Shown: positions 11,101 to 21,800 of the stretch, one piece after another | Position numbering within the stretch: the first letter of the stretch is position 1 | How the letters are laid out: every line of letters starts with the position of its first letter | Source: an uncultured Acidobacteriota bacterium | GTDB taxonomy: Bacteria > Acidobacteriota > Thermoanaerobaculia > UBA5066 | Assembly: GCA_963776915.1 (NCBI GenBank) | Contig: CAVZPE010000004.1 | Span: 513,812 to 577,811 of the forward strand | Length of the DNA stretch: 64,000 nucleotides | Direction: 5' to 3' | Position numbers and translations under genes: made by a program | The notes under the pieces: model-generated | Told to the model about the DNA's origin: nothing | Database searches by the model: none | What the model saw: the letters and a program-made list of their open reading frames with translations, nothing else

Positions 11101-12604
11101 TGGTCTTCTCCGCCGCGTTTCCTCGGGGAGCATCCGACAGAGGTGATGGACGTCTCCTTCTCGGAGGACGGCCGGCGCCTCGCGGCGGTGGAAGAGTCCG
11201 GCGAGATCCGGATCTGGGACGCGGCGTCGGCGTCGAGCGGCCCGCTGCACGTTTTTCCGGCACCCGCCGTGATGGCGCCCGCGGGGACCAGCTCGGTCCT
11301 GTACGGCACGGCCCGATGGGTCATGAGCGACACGGCGGAGCAGGGCCGTGCGCTCTTCCGCCTCTGGGATCTGACGGCGCCGTCGGGGGCGGGGCCGCTC
11401 GTCCTCCGGACGAGGCTCTACAACTCTCAGGCTTGGGCCATGGATCCGCTGGACCGCGGATGCACGGTCGTCTTCGACACGGATCTCGCTGTTCTGGAAC
11501 CTGCCGCCCTCCCGGCCCCGCGTGTTCGAGTGGCGCGAGGGCCCGATCTGGTCCGTCGCCTTCACGGCGGACGGGTCGACCCTCGTCGCCGCCGCGCAAG
11601 AGGGTCAGCTGCGCGCCTGGCCACTCTCCGCAGAGTCAGCGTCGGCGTTCCAGGTCCTTCCGAAAATGGACACGTTTGCCATGAACAGCGCCGTTCCCAT
11701 GATCGCCGCCAGTCCCACCCGAGGAGAGGTCGTCGTGGCTGCCGCACGGGGGCAGGTCCGGGTGATGCCGATCGACGGAGGCGTGCCGCGGGAGCTGGAT
11801 GGATTTCCTAAGGAGGGGGCTTTTTGGGGGGCCGTTGCGATCTCCCCCGACGGGCGCCGGGCCGGCGCGGCTCTCTTCACGGGCCCCATGAAGGGAAAGA
11901 GGATCCATGTCTGGGACCTCCAGACCGGCGCCCTGCAGGTGTTGGAGCCCGTCCCCAAAGCCGATGACTGGTTGGAGGGCGGATTCACCGGGCTCTCGTT
12001 CGTGGACAATGACCGGATTGTTGCCACCGTCATTGGCAACGGGTTGATGCTCTTCGACCTGCGCGACGGGAAAGGGAAGGTCCTCGCGCCTGCCATCAAC
12101 GCCGGCCTTGCCATGGGACGGAGCGGGCGAGTCGGGGTCGGAACAGCTTGGGACGGGAAGAGCCCTTCGCTCGAAGTTTTCCGGTTTGGCCTCGACGGGA
12201 GCGCCCCGGTCCCGCTGCCGTATCAGGCGAGAGGGTTCGCTTCGCTGGCCCTCGATCCGACCGAGACCATCATCGCGAGCGCCGGAGCCGAGGGCACCAT
12301 CCAGGTCGGGCCGATTTCGGGCGGCGAGCCGCATCTCCTCTTCGGCCACAAGGGCGGGGTCAAACAGCTCGCGTTCTCGCCGGACGGCAAGTGGCTCGCC
12401 TCGGCGGGGGACGACCAGACCGTCCGCCTCTGGCCCGTCCCCGACATGAAGGAAGTTCCACCGCACAAGCGAAGCCATGAGGAGTTTCCTCGCGACGCTT
12501 CGCACCTTCACCAACGTTCGCGCGGTGTCCGACGCCAGTTCGCCCAACGGCTGGAAGCTCGAGACCGGACGTTTCCCGGCTGGAAGACCGCCCCTCACTG
12601 GTGA
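8159..12604 (+). pseudogene. Giant Ser/Thr kinase - P-loop STAND NTPase - TM - WD40 beta-propeller protein (~1480 aa), at least 8 frame changes as assembled
   Basis: ORF pieces 8159, 9957, 10627, 10709, 10896, 11143, 11522 and 12477 join into one protein. It has a kinase domain (GAGGMGEVY..HRDIKPENL..DFGLAK), a Walker A motif (VIGPSGAGKTSF), a Walker B-like motif (LVVVDQFEELF) and a TM segment (VAFGSVLVAMSVVACVMAAL). WD40-type repeats follow (SPDGKWLASAGDDQTVRLW), ending in the tail FPGWKTAPHW. Confidence 0.75.
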
Positions 12605-12612
12605 CCTGAAAA

Positions 12613-12689
12613 TGGTGAGCCGTGTCGGACTCGAACCGACGACCCCCTGCTTAAAAGGCAGGTGCTCTAACCGACTGAGCTAACGGCCC
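12613..12689 (-). tRNA. tRNA-Lys (anticodon UUU), CCA encoded
   Basis: The reverse complement is GGGCCGTTAGCTCAGTCGGTTAGAGCACCTGCCTTTTAAGCAGGGGGTCGTCGGTTCGAGTCCGACACGGCTCACCA. It has anticodon loop CUUUUAA and a canonical D-arm and T-arm. Confidence 0.9.
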
Positions 12690-12741
12690 GCACCAACGGG
12701 AGGAAGAGTCTATCCGACGGCGGGGGACGTCCGAAGAGGCG

Positions 12742-14085
12742 TCAGCCGCGCTGGGGAACGGGGACGTTCTTCAGCCAGGAGTCGAGGATCGTGCCGCCGC
12801 GGATGATCGTCTCCTCGCGTTTCGGGCCGGTCGACAGGATGACGACCTTCGCGCCGACGATCTCCTCGAGCGCCGTGACGTACTCGCGGGCGCGCGCGGG
12901 CAGCGCGTCCCAGCTCTCGATGCCGACCGTCGGCGTCTTCCAGCCGGGGAACGTCCGGTACACGGGCTGCGCCTTCTCGTAGTGGTCGGCGCGCGCCGGG
13001 ATCTCGCTCGCGGCGCGGCCGTCGATCGTGTACCCGGTCGCGATGCGGACCTCGTCGTGGTCGTCGAGGACGTCGAGCTTCGTGAGCGCGATGCCGTCGA
13101 GGCCCGAGACGCGGACGGAGGTCCGCGCGACGACCGCGTCGAACCAGCCGACGCGCCGGGGCCGGCCGGTGACCGTGCCGAACTCGTTTCCGCGCGTCCG
13201 GATCCGCTCGCCGACGTCGTCGTGGAGCTCCGTCGGGAACGGGCCGGAGCCGACGCGCGTCGTGTAGGCCTTCATGACGCCGACGACGGCGCCGAGCGCC
13301 GACGGCGGGATCCCGAGGCCCGTGCAGGCGCCGCCCGCCGCGCAGGACGAGGACGTCACGAACGGGTAGGTCCCGTGGTCGACGTCGAGCATGACGCCCT
13401 GCGCGCCCTCGCAGAGGAGCTTCTTGCCGGCGGCGAGCTGCGCGTTCAGCCAGGCGCTCGTGTCCGTCACGAAGCGCGCGAGCTTCTTCCCGCACTCGAC
13501 GTACGTCTCGAGCGTCTCCTCGATCGGGGCGCCCTCGACGCCGTAGAAGTGCGAGAGGACCGCGTCGTGGTGCGCGAGGACCGGGCGCGCGAGCGCGCGG
13601 AAGCGCTCGGCGTCGACGAGGTCGGCCATGCGCAGGCCGGTGCGGTTCGCCTTCGTCTCGTAGGCGGGGCCGATGCCGCGCGAGGTCGTCCCGATGTTCG
13701 CGCCGCCGAGCGCCTTCTCGCGCGCCCCGTCGAGGAGCGCGTGCGTCGGCAGGATGACGTGCGCGCGATCCGAGACCAGGAGGTTCTCCTCGATGCGGAC
13801 GCCGGCGGCGCGCAGGCTGTCGATCTCGGCGAGCATCGCGCGCGGGTCGATGACGAGTCCGTTGCCGACGACGTTCGTGACGCCCGGGCGGCAGATGCCC
13901 GAGGGGATGAGGCGGAGCGCGAAGTGGCGGTCGCCGAACCGGACGGTGTGGCCGGCGTTGTGGCCGCCCTGGTAGCGGGCGACGAGGTCGAACGACGGCG
14001 AGATGAGGTCGACGACCTTGCCCTTGCCCTCGTCTCCCCACTGCCCGCCGATGATGGCGAGGGCGGAGCCCTTGATGTGTGTCAC
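12742..14085 (-). CDS. purA: Adenylosuccinate synthetase
   Basis: This is an intact 447-aa ORF with a GTG start. It carries the motifs GGQWGDEGKGK, GHNAGH, TSRGIGPAYE and GTVTGRPRR. Confidence 0.95.
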   Translation of the reverse strand: MTHIKGSALAIIGGQWGDEGKGKVVDLISPSFDLVARYQGGHNAGHTVRFGDRHFALRLIPSGICRPGVTNVVGNGLVIDPRAMLAEIDSLRAAGVRIEENLLVSDRAHVILPTHALLDGAREKALGGANIGTTSRGIGPAYETKANRTGLRMADLVDAERFRALARPVLAHHDAVLSHFYGVEGAPIEETLETYVECGKKLARFVTDTSAWLNAQLAAGKKLLCEGAQGVMLDVDHGTYPFVTSSSCAAGGACTGLGIPPSALGAVVGVMKAYTTRVGSGPFPTELHDDVGERIRTRGNEFGTVTGRPRRVGWFDAVVARTSVRVSGLDGIALTKLDVLDDHDEVRIATGYTIDGRAASEIPARADHYEKAQPVYRTFPGWKTPTVGIESWDALPARAREYVTALEEIVGAKVVILSTGPKREETIIRGGTILDSWLKNVPVPQRG

Positions 14086-14285
14086 TTTCGAATTGTACCG
14101 GAGGAAGAGATGAATATTTCTGCTTAAGAGGGGAGAACGAGGGATGCAGTCGCGGCCGGCCGGAGCAAGGGCGCGTCGGAGCGCCGCTTCGCGGGCGAAG
14201 ACCGCTTGACAGCGGCCGGACCGCGCTCAGCTTTCCGGCCTATCGGCGGCTGCATTCGCAGCCGTCGCATCTAAGAGAAAAATCC
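14086..14285. repeat. Mosaic palindromic repeat, copy A (type-2 arms), between divergent purA and hutH
   Basis: The arms are AATATTTCTGCTTAAGAGGGG (14113) and CGCATCTAAGAGAAAAATCC (14266), in inverted orientation. The interior GC-rich hairpins include CGGCGGCTGC-ATTC-GCAGCCGTCG. About 190 nt align by eye with copy D at 37170-37360. Confidence 0.75.
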
Positions 14286-14308
14286 CCAGCTCCATTACCC
14301 GGTGCACA

Positions 14309-15841
14309 ATGCTCGCTCGTGCGATCAGACCATTCATTCTCGACGGGGACTCTCTTTCACTCGAAGATCTCTCCCGCGTCGCCTCCGGCGACGCGTCGGC
14401 GGCGCTCGCGCCGCGCGCCGCCGGGCGCGTGGACGCCGCGCGGGCCGTCATCGACCGGGCCGTCGCGGAGGACCGGGTCGTCTACGGGGTGACGACGGGC
14501 TTCGGCAGGTTCGCCGACGTCGTGATCCCCCGCGAGAAGCTCGGCGAGCTCCAGCTCAACCTCGTGCGGAGCCATGCGGCGGGGACGGGCGCCGCGCTCG
14601 GCGCGCCCGCCGTCCGCGCGGTGATGCTCCTGCGCGCGAACTGCCTCGCGAAGGGGTTCTCGGGAATCCGGCGCTCGACGCTCGAGCTCCTCCTCGCGTG
14701 CCTCGAGGCGGGCGTCCACCCGATCGTGCCGGAGCAGGGCTCCGTCGGCGCGTCGGGCGATCTGGCCCCGCTCGCGCACCTGGCGCTCGCGCTCGTCGGG
14801 GAAGGCGAGGCCGAATTCCGCGGCCGGCGCATGCCGTCCGCCGACGCGCTGCGGGAGGCGGGTCTTTCGCCCGCGGTTCTCGAGGCGAAGGAAGGCCTCG
14901 CCCTCATCAACGGGACCCAGCTCACGACGGCCCTCGGCGCCCTCGCGCTCGCGCGCCTTCTCGACCTCCTCAAGGCGGCGGACCTCGTCGGCGCCCTCAC
15001 GCTCGACGTCCTCAAGGGCACGGACGCGGCCTTCGACCCGCGCATCCACGCGGCGCGGCCGCATCCGGGCCAGATCGCGTCGGCCGCGAACCTCCGCGCG
15101 CTCCTCGCGGGGTCGCCCCTGCGCGAGAGCCACCGCCACTGCGGCGTCGTGCAGGACGCCTACACGCTGCGCTGCATGCCGCAGGTGCACGGGGCCGCGC
15201 GGGACGCGGCCGCGCACGCACGCCGCGTGATCGAGATCGAGATGAACGCCGCGACGGACAACCCGATGGTCTTCGCCGAAACGGGCGAGCTCGTCTCCGG
15301 CGGCAACTTCCACGCCGCGTCCGGTCGCCCTCGTCTGCGACCTCCTGGCGGCGGCGGTGGCCGACCTCGCGTCGATCTCCGAGCGGCGCGTCGAGCGGCT
15401 CGTGAACCCGTCGCTCTCGGGCGACCTGCCGGCGTTCCTCGTGAGGGACGGCGGCCTGAACTCGGGTCTCATGATGATTCACGTGACGGCGGCGGCGCTC
15501 GTGTCGGAGGCGAAGGCGAACGCGTTCCCGGCGTCCGTGGACTCGATCCCGACGTCCGCGGGCAAGGAGGACCACGTCTCGATGGGGCCGATCGCGGCGC
15601 GCAAGCTCGCGCGGAACGTCGACCTCTACGAGACCGTCCTCGCGATCGAGCTCCTCGCGGCCGGCCAGGCGCTGGACCTGAGGCGCCCGCTCGTCTCGTC
15701 GCCGCCCGCTCGAGGACCTGCACCGGCGTCCTGCGCGCGCGCGTGCCGTTCTGGGAACGCGACCGCGAGGCGGCGCCGGCGATCGAGGGGGCGCGGGCCG
15801 CTCTCGGCGGCCTCGGAGCGCTCCTCGCGACGCTCGGCTGA
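14309..15841 (+). pseudogene. hutH: Histidine ammonia-lyase, about 3 frame changes as assembled
   Basis: ORF 14309 is HAL-like up to GGNFHA (it carries the [17 protein letters not shown] motif). ORF 15357 continues the protein ([35 protein letters not shown]). The tail [16 protein letters not shown] returns to the first frame. The changes lie near 15319, 15706 and 15728. Confidence 0.85.
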
Positions 15842-15844
15842 TCC

Positions 15845-16833
15845 TCAGCCCAGCGAGCGCGTCCGCGAGCGCGGACGGCAGCTCGTCCGGCGGCGCCGCG
15901 CTCTCGAGGAGCGCCCGCGCGGGGAGGACGGCGAGGCCGGCCGGAAGCGCGAGGGACCGGCGCCGCTTCTCGGCCACGCGGTTGAGGAGAAGCCCGGCTC
16001 CCACGCCGCGGGCGGCGAGGCGGGCCGCGACCTCGGCCGCCGTCCTGAGGGACGAGGCGTCGGCCGACGAGGCGACGAGGAAGCGGCCCTGCGAGAGGAG
16101 GCGCGCCGCCTCGGCGCTGCGCGCCCGGAAGCCGTCGTAGAGGCCGTCGAACGCGCGGAAGAAGTCCGCGAGGTCCGCGAGGAAGCCGAACCCGAGGACC
16201 TTGTCCGCCGCGCGGAGGACGGCGGCGCCGCCGCGCGAGGCGCCCGAGAGCGCCTTGCCGAGGAGGCTGTCCGAGCGGAGGAAGAAACGCAGGGCGTCGT
16301 TCTCGAGGAGCTCGACGAGACGCGCCGGCGCCGCGAGGAAGTCGAGGCCCCGCGCCGCGGGCGGCGTGTCGAGGACGATGAGGTCGACCTCCGGGTCGGC
16401 CGCGTGCTCGTGCAGCGCTTCGACTCCCATGTACTCGAGGACGCCGGGCAGCGAGTCCACGAGGCCCGTGTAGAGGCGGTTCGAGTGGATGCGCCCGAGC
16501 GCCTCCGGGCTCGCGACGCGCGCGAGGAGGCGCTCGAACGTGGCCTTCGGGTCGATCTGGAGGGCGCGGAGGCTCCCGCCGCGCGGCAGGCCCGGCACGC
16601 GCACCGCGATGGGCTCGCCGCTCCTCGCATCGGCGGCGTCGAGACCGAGCGCCTGCGCGAGGCGGCGGGCCGGGTCCACGGTCAGGACGAGCGCCCGCCG
16701 CCCGCGCCGCGCCGCGGCGAGCCCGACGGCGGCCGAGAGCGTCGTCTTCCCGACGCCGCCGGGGCCCGTCAGGACGATCAGCTTCTCTCCGTCGAGCCAG
16801 GGGCGGAGGTCGAGGTGCGGCTGGTTCGGGGGG
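15845..16833 (-). CDS. ArsA/Get3-like P-loop ATPase (downstream member of a pair); start not definable
   Basis: The sequence reads [60 protein letters not shown]. There is no ATG, GTG or TTG between repeat B and the P-loop. The frame is continuous with the upstream ATPase through repeat B. The 3' end near 15845 is uncertain because the open frame runs on antisense to hutH. Confidence 0.6.
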
Positions 16834-17088
16834 AAGAAGAGAGGAGAGGAAGAGGAAGAGGGAGATTTGCTGAGAGGGTCCCGAGCGGAGGCGCGGCCGG
16901 AGCGCTTCGGGCGGGCGGATCGCGAGGGCTCGGGCGATTGAAGATTTTCTTCGAAGGTGGTTAGAAAGGTCGAAAAGAACGGCGATGCCGCCGCGGCGAC
17001 CGGGCCTCTGTGCTTGCCGCCCGCACCGCGCACGGGACCATTCGAAGAAGTCTTCTCTTCCTCTTCCTTCTCCTCTTCTTGCTCTTCG
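16834..17088. repeat. Mosaic palindromic repeat, copy B (composite), bridging the two ArsA-like genes
   Basis: A polypurine run (16834-16860) is mirrored by a polypyrimidine run (17055-17088). The cores are GGAGATTTGCTGAGAGGG (16862), GAAGATTTTCTTCGAAGGTG (16941) and ACCATTCGAAGAAGTCTTC (17038). Two GC-rich loops lie between them. The minus-strand frame stays open ([37 protein letters not shown]). Confidence 0.8.
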
Positions 17089-17871
17089 GCCGCTTCCTCG
17101 TCGATCTCGGGCATCTCGACCATCGGAACGCCCGTCTCCCTCTTCGGCAGAATCTCCTCTCTTCCTCCCCGTCCGACCCGGTTCACGACGACGAGCGCCG
17201 TCGCGACACCCGCCGCGCCCCTGGCGCCCGCGACGAGCTCCTCGGTTTCGGTCGCGGCGAGCTCGGCAGGCTCGGCGACGGCGACGAGCGCGGTCTTCGC
17301 CGGGTCGGAGAGGAGGGCGTCGACGTCGAGAGCGAGCTTGCGGAGCGGGCCGGCGGGGACGGTCTTCAGGATCGTGCGGGGGAGCGAGAGGAGGGAGAGC
17401 GCGTGGCCCGTGGCGGGCGCGTCGAGGACGACGAGGTCGTAGCGCGGCTCCGTGCGCGGTGCCGCGCGTCCGCTTGAGGATCTCGCGGATCTTCCCGAGC
17501 AGGAGGAGGTCGGGCAGCCCCGGCGTCGCGCGCGTGAAGAAGCGGAAGACGGGGAGGGCGAGCATCCGGTCGCCGAGGAGGCGCACCGGTGCGACGGCGT
17601 GGACGAAGTCCGTCAGCAGCGCGTCGAAGTCCGTCGTGATCCCTCGGAGTCCCTCCGCGAGCGGCGCCTCGTCGTACCCACGGTCCTCGCGGCCGAAGAG
17701 AACGGCGGCGTCGCCGCGCCCGTCGGTCGAGACGAGGAGGACCGAGCGGCCCGACCGCGCGGCGAGGGCGGCGAGAGCGGCGGCGACGGTGGTCTTTCCG
17801 ACGCCGCCTTTCCCCGAGACGACGAGGACGGTTCGGGACGCGAGGCCCCGGAGGAGATCGGGCGCGCTCAC
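17089..17871 (-). pseudogene. ArsA/Get3-like P-loop ATPase (upstream member), one frame change near 17450
   Basis: The start reads MSAPDLLRGLASRTVLVVSGKGGVGKTTVAAALA..LLVSTDGRGD. After KIREILKRT the protein continues in another frame (EPRYDLVVLDAPATGHALSLLSLP..ALVVVNRV). No stop occurs before repeat B. Confidence 0.65.
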
Positions 17872-17991
17872 GGCCCTCCCGGGTTCAGGCGACTCCCTCC
17901 CGGAATTCCTTCTCCCCTCGAAAAAGGGACATAATCGTTCACTCTAGCAGGTGGCGCCGGACCGAGTGGCGCCCCGCGAAAGGCGAGCGAA

Positions 17992-18285
17992 ATGGGCGAT
18001 TCCCTCTTCGACCAGATCCGGGCCAGGGGCGAGAGCTTCCTGACCGAGGTTTCGAACAACCTGATGGCGAACCCGGCGTTCGTCGAGGTCCTCAAGAAGG
18101 GCGTCGCGGCGAAGGAAGAGGTCGACAAGAAGGTGGCCGAGGGGCTCCGTGCGATGAACGTCGTCACGAAGAAGGACCTCCACCGGCTCGAGGCGCGCGT
18201 GGCCGAGCTCGAGAAGGAGCTCGAGGCCCTCCGGGCCCGGCCGGCGACGAAGGCCGCGCGGAAGAAGGTGGGCGGACGGCCATGA
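17992..18285 (+). CDS. Small phasin-like coiled-coil protein
   Basis: This is an intact 97-aa ORF. NPAFVEVLKKG..VVTKKDLHRLEARVAELEKELEAL resembles the PHA-granule phasin (PF05597-type) C-terminal motif. Its stop overlaps the next start (ATGA). Confidence 0.5.
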   Translation: MGDSLFDQIRARGESFLTEVSNNLMANPAFVEVLKKGVAAKEEVDKKVAEGLRAMNVVTKKDLHRLEARVAELEKELEALRARPATKAARKKVGGRP

Positions 18286-19448
18286 CGGACACGGCACCGC
18301 GCACGCCTCGCGCCCGCCGGAGCGGCGCCGGAGGGCGCGTCGTGACGTTCCCGAAGGCCGGCGCGGCCCCGGCGCGGCGGCCGAAGGTCGTCGTGACGGG
18401 CGGAGCGGGCTTCTTCGGGGCCCGGCTCGTCCGGTCCCTCCTCCTGCGCGGGGAGCACGAGGTCGTCGTCTTCGACCTCGTCCCGCCCGCCGAGATGCCG
18501 GTCGACGTCCGCCACCGCTTCCTGGACCTGAACCTGCCGTTCGCGGACGGGACGCTCTACAAGCTCCTCCTCGAGGAGAAGCCCGACGTCATCGTCCACC
18601 TCGCCCAGCTCCGCAGCCCGTCGCACCAGGCGACGTACGCCCACGAGCTGAACTCGATCGGCGCGCTCCACGTCTTCGCGGCGGCCGGCGAGGCGAAGGT
18701 GCCGCGCGTGATCCTCGGGTCGACGTCGCTCGTCTACGGCGCCCGGGGCGACAACCCGAACTTCCTGACCGAGGAGCACCCGCTCCGGCCCGACCCCCAG
18801 GACCGGTTCGTGAAGGACTTCGTCGAGGCCGAGACGCACGCGCGCGAGCACGTCCGGCGGCATCCCGAGACCGGCCGTGCAGATCCTCCGCTTCGTGCCG
18901 CTCCTCTCGCCCGAGGTCCGCGACTACCGGACGAAGCTGTTCGCGTCGCCCGTCTCGTGGACGCTCATGGGCTACGACCCGCTCGTCCAGGCGCTCCACC
19001 CCGACGACGCGGTCCAGGCTCTCCTTCACGCGCTCGACCGCCCCGAGGTCCGCGGCGTCTTCAACGTCGCCCCCGAGGGGATCCTCCCGCTCTCGACCGT
19101 GCGTCTCTTCTTCGGCTCGCTCGGCATCCCGGTGCCGCACGGCGCTCGCGTACGCGCTCTACGAGGCCGCCTGGCTCGCCGGCATCGGCGTCATGCCGGG
19201 CGTCCACGCGCACTATCTCCGCTATCTCTGCGTCGTCTCGAACGACAAGGCGCGGGACGTCCTCGGCTTCGCGCCGCGGCGCACGACGCTGGACTGCGTC
19301 CTCGAGACCGCCCGCGCCCGGTTCGGGAACGGCCGACTCGTCGACTTCGACGTCCTCGCCGACGCCGCCAGGGCCGCCGACTTCGCCTACGAGCGCCGCG
19401 TGCATCCCAGGCGAGTCGCATCGCCCGCAAGTCAGGGCGGCGTCGTGA
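18282..19448 (+). pseudogene. NAD-dependent epimerase/dehydratase family protein, about 3 frame changes
   Basis: The Rossmann motif is VVVTGGAGFFGARL in ORF 18282. The protein continues in ORF 18877 (QILRFVPLLSPEV..FNVAPEG) and ORF 19193 (HAHYLRYLCVVSNDKARDVLGF). The stop at 19446-19448 is back in the first frame and forms a GTGA overlap with the next start. Confidence 0.65.
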
Positions 19449-20446
19449 GCGCCCGCAGGACCGTTCCCGTCAAGCCGTTCGTCCCCGCCGCCGAGGCGCC
19501 GCCGGCCCTCGGGCGGGTTCGCGCCCTCCCTCCTTCCGAAGAAGGAGGACGACCTCCTCGCAGGCCCTGCTCGGGGAGGCGGCCCGCTTCCTCGACGCGC
19601 ACCGCGAGCTGAAGGGGCCGCGCGCCGCGGCCGACCTCTGGAACCTCTTCCGCCACCGCAACCGGACCCTCTCGCTCGACGACTTCGGCTACGACGAGGC
19701 CGCGGCGAAGCCCTGGCACGAGCTCTACGACTTTCTCTACGCCGTGTGGTGGCGCGTGACGCTCACGGGCGTCGAGCACATCCCGCCGCGCGGCCCCGCG
19801 CTCCTCGTCGTGAACCACTCGGGCGTCCTGCCGTGGGACGGCGCGATGGTCAAGCACGGGATCATGCGCGAGCACCCGGCGCACCGCGACGCGCGGATGC
19901 TCATCCTCGACATGTTCACGACGCTGCCCTTCCTGCAGCCGTGGCTGAGGCACCAGGGCGAGGTCCGCGCCTGCCCCGAGAACGGGGAGCGGCTCCTGAA
20001 CCGCGGCGAGCTCGTGGGCGTGTTCCCCGAGGGCGTCAAGGGCGTGGGCAAGCTCTTCCGCGACCGCTACCGGCTCGCGCGGTTCGGGCGCGGCGGCTTC
20101 GTGCGGCTCGCGCTCCGGACGGGGGCGCCGATCATCCCGGTCACGGTCGTGGGCGCCGAGGAGATCTACCCGAACCTCTTCCGGATGGACATCATCGGCC
20201 GGCCGGTCGGCCTGCCGTACTTCCCGATCACGCCGTTCTTCCCGGCCCTCGGCCCCCTCGGGCGTGATCCCGCTGCCGACGAAATGGTGGATCGACGTCG
20301 GCCGGCCGATCCCCTTCAATCACGGGCCCGAGGTCGCCGATCGCCCGATGATCGTCAACGAGTTCGCGGACCACGTCCGGACCACGCTCCAGACGATGAT
20401 CGACTCGCGCCTCTCGCGCCGCGGGAACGTCTTCACGGGGGAGTAG
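19445..20446 (+). pseudogene. PlsC-family (lysophospholipid/glycerol-3-phosphate) acyltransferase, about 3 frame changes
   Basis: The acyltransferase motifs are VVNHSGVLPWD (the HX4D block) and VGVFPEG in the ORF-18877 frame. The C-terminal piece is ORF 20264 (IPLPTKWWIDVGRPI). The N-terminus is in the ORF-19193 frame. Confidence 0.65.
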
Positions 20447-20455
20447 CGCGCCGGG

Positions 20456-21732
20456 TCAGCGGCCGCGGGCGGCCGTCATGCGGTCGAGGTCGGCTTCCAG
20501 CGTCGCGAGCGACGCGGCGAGGCGCGTCGTCGGGAGCGCGTCGGCGGTCCGCTCGTGGTGGCTCTTCACGCGGGAGCGGTCGCGCGCGCAGGCCGGCCTC
20601 AGGACGAGGCCGTGGCGTGCGAAGACCTTCTGCAGCCGCTTGAAGTCCGCGTCGAGCGTCGCCATCGTCGAGCGGTACGCGTACTCGGCGATGCGGATGC
20701 GCCCGACGTGCGCATGATGTTGCGCATGTAGCGCGGGAAGGTCCTCCGGGCGCGGCTCGAAGACGACGACGTCGGCCGCGGGGGCCTCGCGGCGGTAGCG
20801 CCCGAGCCCGTACTTGAGCCGCGAGTGAAGCGTGACGCGGAAGACCTGGTCGAGGATCGTCGGGAGGCCGCGGCGCCGAAGAGAGCCCGTCGCCGTGCCC
20901 GTTCGCGTCGCGCCGGGTGGAAGCGGACGGGCACGAGCGGGTTCACGCAGACCGTGAGGCCGCAGCGCTCGCGGATCGCGAGGGAGATGTGGGCCGTCTT
21001 CTTGACGCCGCCGTCGATGTAGTCGACGCCGTTGATCTGCACGGGGCGGTAGAGGCCGGGGATCGCGCACGACGCCGCGACCGCCTGCGAGATCGGGACG
21101 TCCTCGTGGCCGGCGCACCCGAACGCGGCCGTGTTGCCCGAGTCCAGGTCGACCGCGACGATCCGGAGCGTCCTGCCGAGCTTGCGGAAGTCGTTCGTGC
21201 GCCCGTCCTTCGTGAGCCAGTCGCGCATCCACGCCTCGAGCCCCTCGTTGTGGAAGATGCCCGAAGGCAGGAGCTGGCCGAGGGCCTGGACGAGGTCGGT
21301 GAGCGTCGTCTCGTGGCGGTTCTTGTAGTAGTCCCACGCGGCGTCCATGACCGTGAACGGCGCCTTCGCGAGGCGGCTCGCGATCTCCTCGAAGTTCACG
21401 CGGAAGAGGGCGAGATCGTCGATGTCGGTCCGCGCTTCCGCCGAGCGCGTCGCGTTGCGGAAGAGGAGCGCGGGCGTCACGCCGTTCGCGAGGAGCGCCG
21501 AGATGTAGGCCCCCGCCGAGACGCCGACGAACACGTCGAAGTCCGTGAGCGAGGCGTTCTCGAGGCGGTCCTCGAGGGCCGCGAGCGCGCCGATCTCGTA
21601 GACGGCGCCCGTGACGCCACCGCCCGCGCAGACGAGCCCGAGCTTCTTCGTGATCGGAGCGGGGAAGGGACGGAAGCGCTCGCCCGACGCATGGTCGGGC
21701 GGCAACCCGGGTCTCTCGCGGTGGATGCTCAT
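20456..21732 (-). pseudogene. Patatin-like phospholipase, about 3 frame changes
   Basis: ORF 20599-21732 carries GLVCAGGGVTGAVYEIG (oxyanion GGG), GVSAGA (GxSxG) and the catalytic-Asp region YIDGG. The C-terminus continues in the ORF 20456 frame (GLPTILDQVFRVTLHSRLKYGL...) with a short excursion (RYMRNIMR). Confidence 0.75.
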
Positions 21733-21736
21733 GGCT

Positions 21737-21774
21737 CAAAAACGAAACGGGGCGCCGTTTGGATGGGCGCCCCG
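21737..21774 (-). terminator. Rho-independent terminator after the phasin gene
   Basis: On the minus strand the stem is CGGGGCGCC / GGCGCCCCG (9 bp) with a 9-nt loop, followed by TTTCGTTTTTG. Confidence 0.7.
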
Positions 21775-21800
21775 AGTGTATCCGATCCGGTTCCGGCCGA

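Noticed and set aside
14204-14240. The TTGACA hexamers inside repeats A and D (also at 37282) as sigma-70 promoters.
   Set aside because: No acceptable -10 hexamer lies 16-18 nt downstream in either copy.
15012-15844. Extension of the ArsA-like ORF (724 aa) antisense into hutH.
   Set aside because: There is no coding signal there, and hutH occupies the opposite strand. The true stop was probably lost to a local frame error near 15845.
19529-19548. The CCTCCTTC-CGAA-GAAGGAGG hairpin in the PlsC-like N-terminus as a member of the repeat family.
   Set aside because: It shares only the polypyrimidine/polypurine flavour and lacks the core motif. I leave it as an isolated hairpin in a frame-damaged region.
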